Shown: positions 41,861-51,841, numbered from the stretch's first letter. The stretch is 64,000 bases of DNA from an uncultured bacterium (GCA_963847225.1 CAWJYZ010000002.1:269007-333006); one strand, 5' to 3'. Notes: generated by a model from the letters alone, not told the origin. Numbers and translations: made by a program.

Positions 41861-42754
41861 TCAGCGGCGCCGGGCGCGGACGGCCGCACCGCCGATCTCC
41901 ACCAGCGCGGCGCAGACGGCAAGGGCGATGCTGAGGACGACCACGGGAAGGGTGGCCCCGGCGGTGCTGTACCAATAGACAGCGAGGATGGCGCTGGCGA
42001 AGAAGCCGACGAGGCTCAAGCCGAGGAGCCCCACCGCCCATCCGGTGGCGGTGTCGATGCTGGAGTGGCCCCGGGCGCTCACGGCGATGCTGGGGGTCAG
42101 CTTGGGCATCGGGAACACCCGGCGCCACAGCGGCGCGGCGGCATTGACGACGACGAGCACCGCGAAGCTCAGGCCGAGGGTGAGGACCGTGGGTCCCTCC
42201 TGCGGCTGGAGGCTCTCCGGAACGACGGCGGCGACACCGGCAACGAGCAGGCCGATGCAGATGGCGGTGAGACCGAGAAGATTGGTCCAGCCAAGGAAGC
42301 CGAGAGCCGGGAGCTCGAATCGGGGGAGCTGCGGCCGCCAGGGGATGCTGGCCCCGCCCGCCTCGTCGACGTACATGCGCTCGTAGACCGTCTCGGGGAT
42401 GGAGAGACCGCTCACCCGCGCCTGGGCGCCGCGCAATACACGCTCCCAGGGGACGACGCTCGGCCGGGCCAGCAGGCCCGGCTGCTGGCCGGGGAAGAGG
42501 CGCCGCTCCTCCCTTCGCCCGTCCGGGTAGGTGAGGCGGAGAAGACCGCAGACCTCGCAGTGCCAGGCCTCGATGGGCAGGCCGCCGATCACCGGACCAT
42601 AGAAGGTGACGGTGCGCCGGATCCCCTCCGGTCCGATGGCCCCGTCGTAGTGGGCGAACTCATGGGCGAGCACACCCTGCACGGGTGCCGGGTGAGAGCA
42701 CTCCTCGGGGGAAGGCGGGCCCGTGGTGGTGAGGGCGGTTTCAGCCGCGGTCAC
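41861..42754 (-). CDS. Membrane-anchored protein with an HExxH zincin-like motif and a CxxC pair in the soluble N-domain; function unknown
   Basis: The GTG start at 42754 overlaps the ispE stop (GTGA). N-domain contains AHEFAHY and WHCEVCG. The C-terminal half has four to five hydrophobic helices. Its stop lies 4 nt before the zwf start. Confidence 0.5.
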   Translation of the reverse strand: MTAAETALTTTGPPSPEECSHPAPVQGVLAHEFAHYDGAIGPEGIRRTVTFYGPVIGGLPIEAWHCEVCGLLRLTYPDGRREERRLFPGQQPGLLARPSVVPWERVLRGAQARVSGLSIPETVYERMYVDEAGGASIPWRPQLPRFELPALGFLGWTNLLGLTAICIGLLVAGVAAVVPESLQPQEGPTVLTLGLSFAVLVVVNAAAPLWRRVFPMPKLTPSIAVSARGHSSIDTATGWAVGLLGLSLVGFFASAILAVYWYSTAGATLPVVVLSIALAVCAALVEIGGAAVRARRR

Positions 42755-43680
42755 GACTGCGCAGCATACAGGCGTGGCGCGCGGGCCAGAGGCAGTTGCG
42801 CTCCCCTCAGGCTGAGATACGCGGCGCTCACGGTGCGGCAGGGCCGAGCAGAGAAGCCGAGGGCGCGGGCGGCCTCCGCCAGACGGGCCGCACTGCCGGC
42901 GTCTCCGGCGAGGGCGAAGCAGGCGCCCCCGCTTCCGGTGAGGTGCCAAGCGACCTCGGGCACTCCTTGGCGAAGGGTGGTGAGGGCATGGCCCAGCTCG
43001 AGGTTGGCCCGGCAGGCGGCGGCCTCCAGGTCGGAGCCGCAGAGGCTCGGGTCCGGCGCGTCCCCGCCGGCCAGCAGCCGCGCCAGGGCCTCCGGCCGAT
43101 CCGGCCCCCGCCACTCGTCGGGCGCGAGGGCGGCGAAGGTGGCGGCGGTCGAGCTGCTCCCGGCCAGGGCGATGGCCAGGTGGAATTCCCGATGGTGGAG
43201 GCGCTCCAGTCTCTCCCCCGCCCCGCCGACGAGGAGGCTGCCCCCGGCGAGGCACGCCGGCACGTCACTGCCGAGACCGTCGCCGAGGTGGCGGAGGTTG
43301 GCTTCCGTAGAGCCGGGAAGCTGGCCACAGAGGAGGCGGAGCACCGCCGCGGCATCCGCCGAGCCCCCACCCAGCCCCGCCGCGGCGGGCAGGCGCTTCT
43401 CGAGATGGAGGCGCACGCCCCGGCCGGCCCGGGAGCGAAGCAAAGCGAGAAACGCGGCCGCGGCACGCTCCGCCAGGTTGCTGCCGTCACCCGGCACCAG
43501 CCCGGCGGCCGGCCCAGAGAGGGTGATGCGCACCCCGCGTCCTTTGTCCAGGACCAAGCCGATCAGGTCGTGCCAGTCGAGATGGACCACCACGGAGCGG
43601 AGATCGTGGCGCCCGTCGGCGCGGCGGTCGACGACGCTGAGGGCGAGGTTGAGCTTGGCGTAGGCGGGCCCGAAGATCAT
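42751..43680 (-). CDS. ispE: 4-diphosphocytidyl-2-C-methyl-D-erythritol kinase
   Basis: ATG at 43680 (MIFGPAYAKLNLALSV). GHMP-kinase motif PAAAGLGGGSADAAAVL. Confidence 0.85.
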   Translation of the reverse strand: MIFGPAYAKLNLALSVVDRRADGRHDLRSVVVHLDWHDLIGLVLDKGRGVRITLSGPAAGLVPGDGSNLAERAAAAFLALLRSRAGRGVRLHLEKRLPAAAGLGGGSADAAAVLRLLCGQLPGSTEANLRHLGDGLGSDVPACLAGGSLLVGGAGERLERLHHREFHLAIALAGSSSTAATFAALAPDEWRGPDRPEALARLLAGGDAPDPSLCGSDLEAAACRANLELGHALTTLRQGVPEVAWHLTGSGGACFALAGDAGSAARLAEAARALGFSARPCRTVSAAYLSLRGAQLPLARAPRLYAAQS

Positions 43681-43777
43681 GGACGGATGGTGGGGGATTG
43701 CTATACTCGACCGCCTCTCTCCCGCCACAGCCGGCGGGCGCCCGGCCGCCCGGGCGGTTTTCCTCCGAGGTGCACCC

Positions 43778-44254
43778 GTGGCCAACTCTCGCTCCGCTCG
43801 CAAGCAGATCCGTGCCAGCGAGCGTAAGCGCGTCCGCAACCGGGCGGTCCGCTCCGCGGTGCGCACCCGCGTCTCCCGCGCCCGGCGCTCCCTTGTCTCC
43901 GGCCAGACAGCCGACCTGGAGGGCGAGCTTCGCTCGGCGGTCCAGGCTCTCGACAAGGCGGCGGAGAAGGGGATCCTGCACCGCAACAACGCGGCGCGGC
44001 GCAAATCCAGGCTCATGGCCATGGCGGCGAAGCTCACAGCGATGAGCGGAAGCGAGCAGGAGAAGGCGGCGACCCGCTCCGCGGCCGCCGGCGGCAGCAA
44101 GGGAACGACGGCGAAGGCGGCCCCAGCCGCGGCGGCCTCCCGGAGCACGACCGCCAAGCCCGCCGGGACCAAGCCCGCCGCGACCCGAAAGGCCCCCGCC
44201 AAGCCGGGCGCGGGGAAGGCGCCCGCCGCCAAGCGGACGGCCCGGACCTCCTAA
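43778..44254 (+). CDS. rpsT: 30S ribosomal protein S20 with an Ala/Lys-rich C-terminal extension
   Basis: GTG at 43778, 5 nt after GAGGTG (VANSRSARKQIRASERKRVRNRA...HRNNAARRKSRL). Confidence 0.85.
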   Translation: MANSRSARKQIRASERKRVRNRAVRSAVRTRVSRARRSLVSGQTADLEGELRSAVQALDKAAEKGILHRNNAARRKSRLMAMAAKLTAMSGSEQEKAATRSAAAGGSKGTTAKAAPAAAASRSTTAKPAGTKPAATRKAPAKPGAGKAPAAKRTARTS

Positions 44255-44279
44255 GCCCGCGCGACTCCAGGTCCGAGCC

Positions 44280-45383
44280 TCAAGTCCACGCCCTGCCCGA
44301 GAGGGCTCGGCGAGGCCTGGTGTCCTCGACGGAGCGAGCGGCGGCGAGAGCGAAGCCGGCGAGTCCCTCGCGGTCATCCGCCTCGCCGGTCTTGATGGCG
44401 ACATCGAGCCTATGCAGCCGGCGCAACCAGGATTCGACCGTCTCTGGAGCCAGGACGCGCGCCTGCCGAGCGAGCCGCTCCGCCCGCCACTCAGGAATGT
44501 GCAGCCGGGCGGCCAGCGCCCCTGAGGTCGCTCCGCTCGCCAGCAAAGCCTGGGCGCGCCGCAACTCGCTGAGCTGACCAGCAAGCGTGGCGAGGAGGTA
44601 GATCGCCGAGCGACCCTGCTCCACCATGGCGATGGCGGCGGCGGACCCCAGGGCCGGCTCGGCCCCGAGGAGCCGCTCGAGGACGCCCCAGACCTCCACA
44701 CCCTCGGCGCCGCCGACGAGCCTGCGCAGAAGGTCGAGATCGATCGCCGACGGGGCAGGGCCGGCCACGTGGTGAACGGCGCCTTCATCCCTCCCACTCT
44801 GGAAGGCGCGGAGCTTGTCGAGCTCGGCGGAGATGACGCCGAGGTCGGCTCCGGCCACACCAAGCAGATGCTCGACGCCCCCGGGGGGAAGACGCAGGCC
44901 GCGCTCTGCCGCGGCGTCCCCGATCCAGGCCCGGAGCTCGCGACCGCGAAGGAGAGGTCGCTGCAACACCGTGCCGCCCAGCCGAGAGACCGCCGCCAGC
45001 ACCGGATGGGTGGCGGCGACCTGCTGGTGGGCGACGATGCAGAGAGTGGTGCTGGGAGCCCGCAATTCGAGAGCCGCGGCCAGATCGCGGCCGCCATCGC
45101 CGCTGCGCTTGCCACCGGCGAGCTGGGGCGGGTCGCGAAGGAGCACGTGGCGGCGCTCGTCGAGGAGGGGAACCTCGGCGAGCGCCGATCGGACACGCTC
45201 GATCGGGGCCGGCGGATCGATGACCTCCACGCCGAGCTGGGCGGCCCGCGCCAACTCCCGCCAGCGCGCGACCTCCTCGTCGATACGGTGCCGATCGTCG
45301 CCGTGGACGAGAAGGAGTTGGTGGGCCGGGGAGGAGGCGCCCGCCACACTGGCGTGCTCCGTTCGCCTATCCGCAGACGCCAT
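44280..45383 (-). CDS. holA: DNA polymerase III delta subunit
   Basis: It occupies the usual holA position next to rpsT. Family-like segments LLLVHGDD and LAGQLSELRRA. The start is uncertain (45383 ATG or 45431 GTG). Confidence 0.75.
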   Translation of the reverse strand: MASADRRTEHASVAGASSPAHQLLLVHGDDRHRIDEEVARWRELARAAQLGVEVIDPPAPIERVRSALAEVPLLDERRHVLLRDPPQLAGGKRSGDGGRDLAAALELRAPSTTLCIVAHQQVAATHPVLAAVSRLGGTVLQRPLLRGRELRAWIGDAAAERGLRLPPGGVEHLLGVAGADLGVISAELDKLRAFQSGRDEGAVHHVAGPAPSAIDLDLLRRLVGGAEGVEVWGVLERLLGAEPALGSAAAIAMVEQGRSAIYLLATLAGQLSELRRAQALLASGATSGALAARLHIPEWRAERLARQARVLAPETVESWLRRLHRLDVAIKTGEADDREGLAGFALAAARSVEDTRPRRALSGRAWT

Positions 45384-45450
45384 TGCCCAACCCAGCCGTG
45401 CGGCGGCGGGGAGGAGCCCCGACCCCGGCACCTCGCTTCGTCACGCTCTT

Positions 45451-45996
45451 TCAGCGTCCCCCCAGCCGGTAGCGTCGGTGCCCGTCGTCGCCGCGGTAGG
45501 TCTCGGCGCCGGCTCGTTCGGCGAGGAAGCGAATCGCCCGCCCGGACACCCGCACGCCGGCGCGGGTGATCTCGTCCGCGATCTCCGACGCCGTGCCCTG
45601 ACCGAGCTTGGCGATGGCCGCCTCAACGACCTGCGGCGTCACCTCCGCTGGGGTGGCCCGTCCCCGGGCGGAGCGGCCCCGTCCGCGCTTCCGGCGCGGC
45701 GGGGGAACCGGAGTCGGGCCGGCCACGAAGCGGCTGCGCCGGCCCCCGTCCGCCGGCGCGGCGGCGGATGCCCGATCCAGGAGCGACACCGCCTCATGAA
45801 CCTCGAGCCGCAGCTTGGCATTGTCGGCGCGCAGCCTGGCGACCTCTTCGACGAGGGTCTCGATCCGCTGAACCAACCTCTCGGCGGCGCGGATGATCGG
45901 AGAAGCTCCATCGGCGGATGCCCGCCGGCCACGGGCGTGCCCGACCTCCGGCCCACTGTATGTCATCGCCGTTTCGTCCTCGGCGAGAATAGCCAT
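45451..45996 (-). CDS. Hypothetical protein (coiled-coil N-terminus, possible C-terminal helix-turn-helix)
   Basis: ORF only. Confidence 0.35.
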   Translation of the reverse strand: MAILAEDETAMTYSGPEVGHARGRRASADGASPIIRAAERLVQRIETLVEEVARLRADNAKLRLEVHEAVSLLDRASAAAPADGGRRSRFVAGPTPVPPPRRKRGRGRSARGRATPAEVTPQVVEAAIAKLGQGTASEIADEITRAGVRVSGRAIRFLAERAGAETYRGDDGHRRYRLGGR

Positions 45997-46280
45997 CCTA
46001 CACTCCTCATCCCACCAACTTTGGAGACGGTGCCGACCTCGCGCCGCAGTCGAGCAGAGCCGCCTCAGCCTAGCCGATCATAGTCGCGGGGACCCGGCGA
46101 GTGCGACTGCAATCAGGACCATTGTCTCAGGATGGAGACTGCCGCCCAGCCACACCCCGAGCTCGTGTCTGAGCGGTTGCACTCTTTTCGGCAGCCACAG
46201 TGGAGGGTCCTCGCCTCAGCCCAAGACGCGGAACAGCTTCGCCGAGGCCTCCCGGTGGCCTGGTAGCATGGGCTTCCCCA

Positions 46281-46353
<73 letters not shown>

Positions 46354-46891
46354 CTTCGCTGGTGTTGCTGGGATTTCCCGTGGCACGGTTCGTGCCGGAT
46401 CGCCTCTTACCGGGCCTGGCCGGCGTCAGTTAAGCGCTCTCTTGCAGAGCCCCTCCGGAAGCAAGCTCGGAGGATCTTCGGTGGCCCTGGTGCGATTTGG
46501 CCCGTCTCTTCGCCGCCTGCTGGAGGTCATCGCGCCAAACCCCCCAACGCACGCCGTCGCGTGGCCGGCGGCCGCCGGCCTCCAGCGGAACCTCGAATAC
46601 CATTGATATCACTGCGCATTCGGGATTCCCGATCCTTCGCTCCGACGGTCGGCTCCCCGACGGCTTCCCAGCTCCCGCCCAAGGGGCTCCTGATCGCAGC
46701 AGTCAAGCGCGCTTGAAGGGACGCCCCAAGAGGACGACGAGATCAAGCCAGCTCACACGCTGCCCAGGATCCTTCTCAGGCAACGGTGATCCGAGCGATG
46801 AGCGAGCGCACCGGCCACGTATACAGGTACAGGCGAGTCTGCATAGTTGCACGAAACCGTCGCGATACGGCGCGTGGTCAAAGAGCGAACC

Positions 46892-47140
46892 TCAGCCACG
46901 AGACGGGCAGTCACTGACATGTCTGACCCGGAGGTCGCGAGCCTTCCCACCACGGGAGATGCGGAGAATCAGCTCGTCCCCGATCTCATGCTGGCGAATC
47001 GCCTTCTGGACGTCCGGGAAGTCTGTAATGGGCTTACCGTCCACCTCGATGAGGCGGTCCCCGCCGAGAACACCGCCCTCAGCAAGCTGACTGCCGCGCC
47101 GGGGAAGCGAGATCGCCAATCCAAGCTCGCCGTCTGCCGC
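46892..47140 (-). pseudogene. C-terminal PDZ-domain remnant of an HtrA/DegP-like protease
   Basis: PDZ-like sequence GGVLGGDRLIEVDGKPITDFPDVQKAIRQHEIGDELILRISRGGKARDLRV. No protease domain lies upstream. A second copy is at 52668-52930. Confidence 0.4.
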
Positions 47141-47144
47141 AGGT

Positions 47145-47762
47145 TCAGCTTCGAGCCAGGAACTCGTTAATCCAACTGCGCCCGGCGGCAGTGCACCCGC
47201 AAATCCCGATGCTGCACATGGGGCAGATACAGCGGCAGTCCTGGCCCTGACGGTGCAGCTCGCCCACGACAACGCTTGGACACAGGCACGTTAATAGGCG
47301 AAGCGCCTTCGTATAAGTGCTGAGGTGCCGCGGTGCGATCTCCCGTAGGTTGGGCTCGTACAGCCGAAGGGCCAGCTCGATCAATGCGGAGTACTCGGTG
47401 ACTGCGAAGCTGCACGCTGCGCAAAAAGTCGACACAACACGAACCGGCTCTCTGGGTGGGTCAGCGAGCAGACGTGTGATCGGCAGTCTCAAATCAGCGG
47501 CCGGCTCCACGCCTTGTCCACGGAGATGGTCCTCGAGCGTTCGTCGCTGGTCTCTGGAGTCCGCTTCGATCGCACGCAGCGATGCGTGAAGAAGAGGATG
47601 CGACAGCATCACGTCCGCCTGGCGGTCAATGGCCTCTTCGATTGCTCTCTCGGTGGCCACCAACGCGCTTACCTGGTCGAAGATAAGGGACGGTAACTCA
47701 TTGATGGAGTTCATAGACGCCGATCTCCTCCCGCCGGTCGTATTCATTCTGAAGGCCTCCAC
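47145..47762 (-). CDS. Hypothetical helical (ferritin/DUF892-like?) protein with a Cys-rich C-terminus (CRCICPMCSIGICGC)
   Basis: Intact 205 aa ORF in copy 1. Its last 9 codons cross the X/Y junction. Confidence 0.45.
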   Translation of the reverse strand: MEAFRMNTTGGRRSASMNSINELPSLIFDQVSALVATERAIEEAIDRQADVMLSHPLLHASLRAIEADSRDQRRTLEDHLRGQGVEPAADLRLPITRLLADPPREPVRVVSTFCAACSFAVTEYSALIELALRLYEPNLREIAPRHLSTYTKALRLLTCLCPSVVVGELHRQGQDCRCICPMCSIGICGCTAAGRSWINEFLARS

Positions 47763-48121
47763 TCTCGTTGAGAGTCCCGGCGGGTGCTTGGTCCGGCTCC
47801 ATAGTCAGGGGCCGAGTGGCTCTGGTTGGTAGCCGCGACCTGGGGCAGCAGCCAGGTGCTGCGGGTCATGCCGACGTAGTCTGGGCCTCTGAGGCTCACC
47901 CCGCTCCTCGACGGCTACCGCGGCTACCTCGCGTCCATACGGGAGGTTCTCATGGGCGGGTGGTCCGACCGTCTCCAGTCGCGGAGCGGCCCTCGAGCGG
48001 CTCTCGGCCACGCGCTTGCCTTCTCCACCTGGCGGTCACTGGTTTGCGAGCAGGATCTTGACGATGAGGCGTCTGTCGAGCTCATGGTTGCCGTGATTCA
48101 GCTTGCTGCTCACGGTAGCTG

Positions 48122-48589
48122 CTACGTAGTGCCCTGTGGGGCTGACGGCGGCGACAAGCCTGCGAAGGGGTCGCGAGCCTCGATGCCCGAGAAGCGGCGG
48201 AAGCCTCGATCACGCGTATAGATCGCAGCCACGCCCTGCTGGCGCATCAGGGTGGCAATGTGCGCGTCAGGGATGTCGTTGCCCCGCGGATGGTCGCCCG
48301 CAGTGCTCCGAAAGAGATCCCAGAAGCCATCATCCTCGCCTGGGGAACGCACGTGAGGCCGGCTCAGAAGCTGGGTCAAGTTGGCGATCGCCTCGGAGGG
48401 GCTGAGAGGGTGGGGCAGGATGCCCGGGTGGGTGACGATGCGCAGATAGCCGAGCGCCACTGGCCAGAAGAGATAGACGAGCTCCGGCCCGGTAGCGATC
48501 TCCTCAAGAAGACTGCGCGCCCGCCGGTGTAGTGGATCCGCCTCGTTGCTCGCGTAGACCAGGATGTTCGCGTCGAGAGTGACGCTCAT
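48122..48589 (-). CDS. vapC: PIN-domain toxin VapC
   Basis: N-terminal LDANILVYA motif with the conserved Asp. ATGA overlap with the upstream antitoxin. Confidence 0.8.
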   Translation of the reverse strand: MSVTLDANILVYASNEADPLHRRARSLLEEIATGPELVYLFWPVALGYLRIVTHPGILPHPLSPSEAIANLTQLLSRPHVRSPGEDDGFWDLFRSTAGDHPRGNDIPDAHIATLMRQQGVAAIYTRDRGFRRFSGIEARDPFAGLSPPSAPQGTT

Positions 48590-48825
48590 CCTGGCTCGTC
48601 GAGGATGGCTCGCACTGCCTCACGGTCCTCCAGGTCGACCCGCGGGCGACCGAGGTTCCGGCTGATCCACCCGAACGGCGGCGCGCCGGCGGCGGCTCCG
48701 CCCCCCGCCAGCGATCGGGCGAGCAGCTCGGACGCCACCTGCCCCATGCTCTTTCCTTCCTCGCGTCCGCGTCGCCGCAGGGCGCGCAGCACGGTGGGAT
48801 CGACGTCCAGGGTCGTCCGGGTCAT
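48586..48825 (-). CDS. vapB: VapB-type antitoxin
   Basis: ATG at 48825 (MTRTTLDVDPTVLRALRRRGREEGKSMGQVASELL). TTATCA TTATCA TCATCA direct repeats at 48837-48854, just upstream, are a candidate operator. Confidence 0.7.
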   Translation of the reverse strand: MTRTTLDVDPTVLRALRRRGREEGKSMGQVASELLARSLAGGGAAAGAPPFGWISRNLGRPRVDLEDREAVRAILDEPG

Positions 48826-49030
48826 GATGCCTGATGTTATCATTATCATCATCAGATGCGCGGCGTGCCTCTACTCAAGGGAGGGAAAGACCGTCCGCAT
48901 CACACTGCAAACGCCCTCGTCCCATTTACTTCCCAGCGGCGAAGTCAAGCTCGGACTTGGACCACTTCCCAGGAAGCAAGTGCCATGTTCCGACGTGGAC
49001 CAGCCTATGCCGGCGACGAAAAACGAGAGC

Positions 49031-49160
49031 GTTTCAATGGCATCAAGAGGTCGGGGGTTCGAGCCCCCCCGTCTCCACTTCGTTGGTATTGCTGGGGTTT
49101 CCCGCGGCATGGTCCGTGCCGAATCGCCTCTCACCGGGCCTCTCTCGCGTCAGTTAAGCG
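49031..49160 (+). repeat. tRNA-Ala 3'-fragment repeat (anticodon arm to 3' end) plus about 85 nt flank; att-like
   Basis: CGTTTCAATGGCATCAAGAGGTCGGGGGTTCGAGCCCCCCCGTCTCCA, then a conserved hairpin-containing flank. The 5' half of the tRNA is absent. Confidence 0.8.
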
Positions 49161-49229
49161 CCTGATCAGCTCAGCCAATCGATCATCAGCGCATTTCAGA
49201 ACGGAGGTGAGGGCTTCCTCGAGGGGACC

Positions 49230-49805
49230 ATGGCAGCGGCGCTTCCGCTCCTCTGGCTCCTTGCGCTGGCACTGCATCTCGCGCGCCCATACATGTTGCG
49301 CACTACTCAGAAGTTCTCACTGCGTTTGGGGGCCGACATTTGGTGGGTGCTATACATTGGGCTCCGAGACATCGTCATGGTCCTCGTGGCCGTCCTGAGC
49401 TTCATGTATCTGTACCCGGACGTGGTCGTCAACGATGCGCTACCGATCAGCGGCTCGCTCGCCACAGTTGCCATCTTTGCCGCCCTCCTAGTGAAGCTGG
49501 TGGCAGACACCGACGACGATCCCCGCGCATTCAAACTCCTGTCCACACTTCTGGGTGCCGGCAGCGCGCTCTACATCGTTCCCACGGTGGTAGGAGTGCA
49601 ACTGGCAGCGGTGGGTACGGGTCCAGTGTGGACGAACCTCGCGAAGGCGCTGGTCACTCACACTGACCAGGGGGTGGCGGTGGCGCTTTGCTGGATCTCG
49701 GTAGCCGCGATCGCCGTCATGGGCTTGGTCGCACTGACCTATGACTTCCGAACGCCAGCTCATAAGAGAGGCAGCCGCGCGCACCGGGGCGTGGCCGGAG
49801 CCTGA
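49230..49805 (+). CDS. Hypothetical integral membrane protein (paralog A)
   Basis: It contains HLARPYMLRTTQKFSLRLGADIWWVLYIGLRD. A second copy starts at 63555 with a 25-aa N-terminal extension. Confidence 0.5.
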   Translation: MAAALPLLWLLALALHLARPYMLRTTQKFSLRLGADIWWVLYIGLRDIVMVLVAVLSFMYLYPDVVVNDALPISGSLATVAIFAALLVKLVADTDDDPRAFKLLSTLLGAGSALYIVPTVVGVQLAAVGTGPVWTNLAKALVTHTDQGVAVALCWISVAAIAVMGLVALTYDFRTPAHKRGSRAHRGVAGA

Positions 49806-49823
49806 TGCGAGAAGGAGCATGAG

Positions 49824-50474
49824 ATGAGCTCAGAAGACATCACCAAGGCCATAACTCACGCGATCACGGCCGGCGGGATGCAGTGGACCGTCGCAACCAT
49901 CGCAGCGTTTATGCCCACCCTGTGGGTGATCACGGTCATCCTTCATCTAGCACGGCCTGTGGTGTTGCGCACCGTTAGGAAGCTGTCCCTGCGCTTTGGC
50001 GCGGACGTGTGGTGGCTCGGGTACGTTCTCGTGCGCGACGCCGTCATGCTGATCACCTTCGCGCTAAGCACGATCTTCTTGTTCCCGACCCTGATGCTCA
50101 CGATTCCGCTTCCGCTCACCGCTCCGCTGGCAGGCCTCGTGCTGTTTGCAAGCCTTTACGTGAAGCTGCTCTACGACGCTGACGACAGTTTCCAGGCATA
50201 CCGCGTGGCAACACTGCTGATGGCGGCCGGAGCCGCGCTCTACCTGATCCCACAGATCATCGGCATCGAATCGACCTCGCAGGGAGCGCTCTCCGGTGTC
50301 GCGTCGTTCCTGACTTCGACGAGCAATACCGGCTGGGCGGGCCCGCTCATGGTTGCCGCCCTGCTTGGGTATATGGGGGTGGCCAGCCTGATCTTCTACC
50401 AGGTAGTCTTCGGCGGCGTGCGTCGTTTAAGGAAGCGGGAGCAGCTTGGCAGAACGACGGGCGTGGCAGCTTAG
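49824..50474 (+). CDS. Hypothetical integral membrane protein (paralog B of 49230-49805)
   Basis: It shares HLARPVVLRTVRKLSLRFGADVWWLGYVLVRD with paralog A. Confidence 0.5.
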   Translation: MSSEDITKAITHAITAGGMQWTVATIAAFMPTLWVITVILHLARPVVLRTVRKLSLRFGADVWWLGYVLVRDAVMLITFALSTIFLFPTLMLTIPLPLTAPLAGLVLFASLYVKLLYDADDSFQAYRVATLLMAAGAALYLIPQIIGIESTSQGALSGVASFLTSTSNTGWAGPLMVAALLGYMGVASLIFYQVVFGGVRRLRKREQLGRTTGVAA

Positions 50475-50780
50475 AGAGGACTTCCGCTCACATCGACGCC
50501 TGAAGGCTAGGGGTACCCGTCATGTCTGCCAGCATGGCTGCGGCGCGCGAAGCTATGGGCATGAGTTGCGCCTGCCTCCGCTGACGAGCCCTACCGTGAA
50601 GCCCTGTGATGCCTGAGCCTGCCGCATCAGCGAACTCGCGGCCCTCAGCTTCGTCTGAGCGTAATCCAGAGATCAGGCTTGATCATTCCCGCCACGAACT
50701 GTGGTGGGAACCGGGGTCCGTGACACCGATAGCTCACCACCTCGTCGTCGGCCACATCGAAGGAACGCTGGGGGGCTGAC

Positions 50781-51155
50781 GTGGCGTCCGTCACCAAATC
50801 GCAGTGTGTGACGACCAGGCGCCAGCGATACCTCGCCGCGGCCTGGGTCTCGAGCGGATACTTCATGGCGGGATCGGTGCTGTCGGGTCTCGGTTTCGGC
50901 ATGGCCTTTCTCGGCGGGCTCCGAGGACTGGTGGTCGTCATACCGGCTGAGCACCGCGGGGCGGTGATGGCCGCCTTCTATATCACCGCCTATGCCTCCC
51001 TGTCGGTGCCCGCGGTCCTTGCTGGGCTCCTTGTGCCGCACTTGGACTTGGCGTCGACCTTCGAGATCTTCGGGAGCGTCGTGGCGGGCATCGCCCTGCT
51101 TGTTACTGCGCAGTCATGGAGAACTCGCCCGCGCTCCTTGGTGCCGCAGCCCTGA
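50781..51155 (+). pseudogene. C-terminal remnant (last about 100 aa, two transmembrane helices) of an MFS transporter
   Basis: Hydrophobic MFS-type tail with no N-terminal 10 helices upstream. Confidence 0.35.
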
Positions 51156-51233
51156 TCAACCGTCGACGCCCCACGGTCCCGCCACGAAGTCGCTCGAAGA
51201 TCCTGATTTGGAGCTCGCCCATTCTGGGGGTGA

Positions 51234-51599
51234 TCAGCGGATCTGCCGCACCCGCCCAGCGCGCCCCCATGCTCGGTCGGCGGTCCAGACCTCCGCGTCG
51301 TGCCGCTCGCCCAGGGCGAGGCAGAGTCGGTCGGCGAGCGAGAACCCCTCTCCTTTCAGCCATCGGCGAGCTGCCCACTCGGCGTCCTCCTCGGTGACCG
51401 GTTCGACGGTGAGCCCATAACTCTGGAGGAGCGCTCGCGCCAGCCCCCAGCTCCTTCCATGCGCCCGCACCTTCTGCGCCACCTCCGACCAATTGGCTGC
51501 CCCACAGACGCCGCCTGCGGCAAGCGCACCTTCGACGACGTCGTGACCGCGTTCGCCCGCCAGGTAGGCGAGGAGAGCCGACGCGTCGAAGACGTTCAG
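51234..51599 (-). CDS. VapC-like PIN-domain toxin with a non-canonical CTG start inside a CTGA stop/start overlap
   Basis: LNVFDASALLAYLAGE... then the PIN C-terminal motif FSLADRLCLALGERHDAEVWTADRAW. There is no in-frame ATG/GTG/TTG upstream of the conserved Asp. Confidence 0.45.
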   Translation of the reverse strand: MNVFDASALLAYLAGERGHDVVEGALAAGGVCGAANWSEVAQKVRAHGRSWGLARALLQSYGLTVEPVTEEDAEWAARRWLKGEGFSLADRLCLALGERHDAEVWTADRAWGRAGRVRQIR

Positions 51600-51841
51600 A
51601 GGGAGTCCTCGGCAGCAGCCTCCTGGCGGCGCTCGGCCAGCAGCTCCCTCACCAGATCCAAACCGGAGAGCTCCGTCCGCACGCGCTCACGAAGCTGTTC
51701 CTGGGTGAGAAGAACGAGGCCGCTCGCCGTCTCGACGAGCGTGAGCGGCGTCCCTTCAGCAAGCCCGGCACGCTCTCGAAGCTCGGCCGGGACGACGATC
51801 CGGCCGCGTTCTCCCATTCTGACTCGATATGTCCCACTCAT
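51596..51841 (-). CDS. AbrB/MazE/SpoVT-family antitoxin
   Basis: ATG at 51841 (MSGTYRVRMGERGRIVVPAELRERAGLAEGTPLTLVE). Confidence 0.6.
   Translation of the reverse strand: MSGTYRVRMGERGRIVVPAELRERAGLAEGTPLTLVETASGLVLLTQEQLRERVRTELSGLDLVRELLAERRQEAAAEDSL

Larger units (their letters stand above)
46354..49030. repeat. Segmental duplicate, copy 1 (segments X 46354-47161 plus Y 47171-49030), bounded by tRNA-Ala and a tRNA-3'-fragment repeat
   Basis: It is near-identical to 52129-58428, apart from the IS insertion and a few indels in the second copy. Confidence 0.85.

Noticed and set aside
40448-43663. 1071-aa plus-strand ORF
   Set aside because: It is antisense across zwf, the HExxH membrane protein gene and ispE, and has no domain signal.
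49031-49078. Possible extra tRNA genes at 49031, 52081 and 58429
   Set aside because: Only the 3' portion is present. There is no 5' acceptor strand or D-arm, and the anticodon stem is disrupted. These are fragments, not genes.
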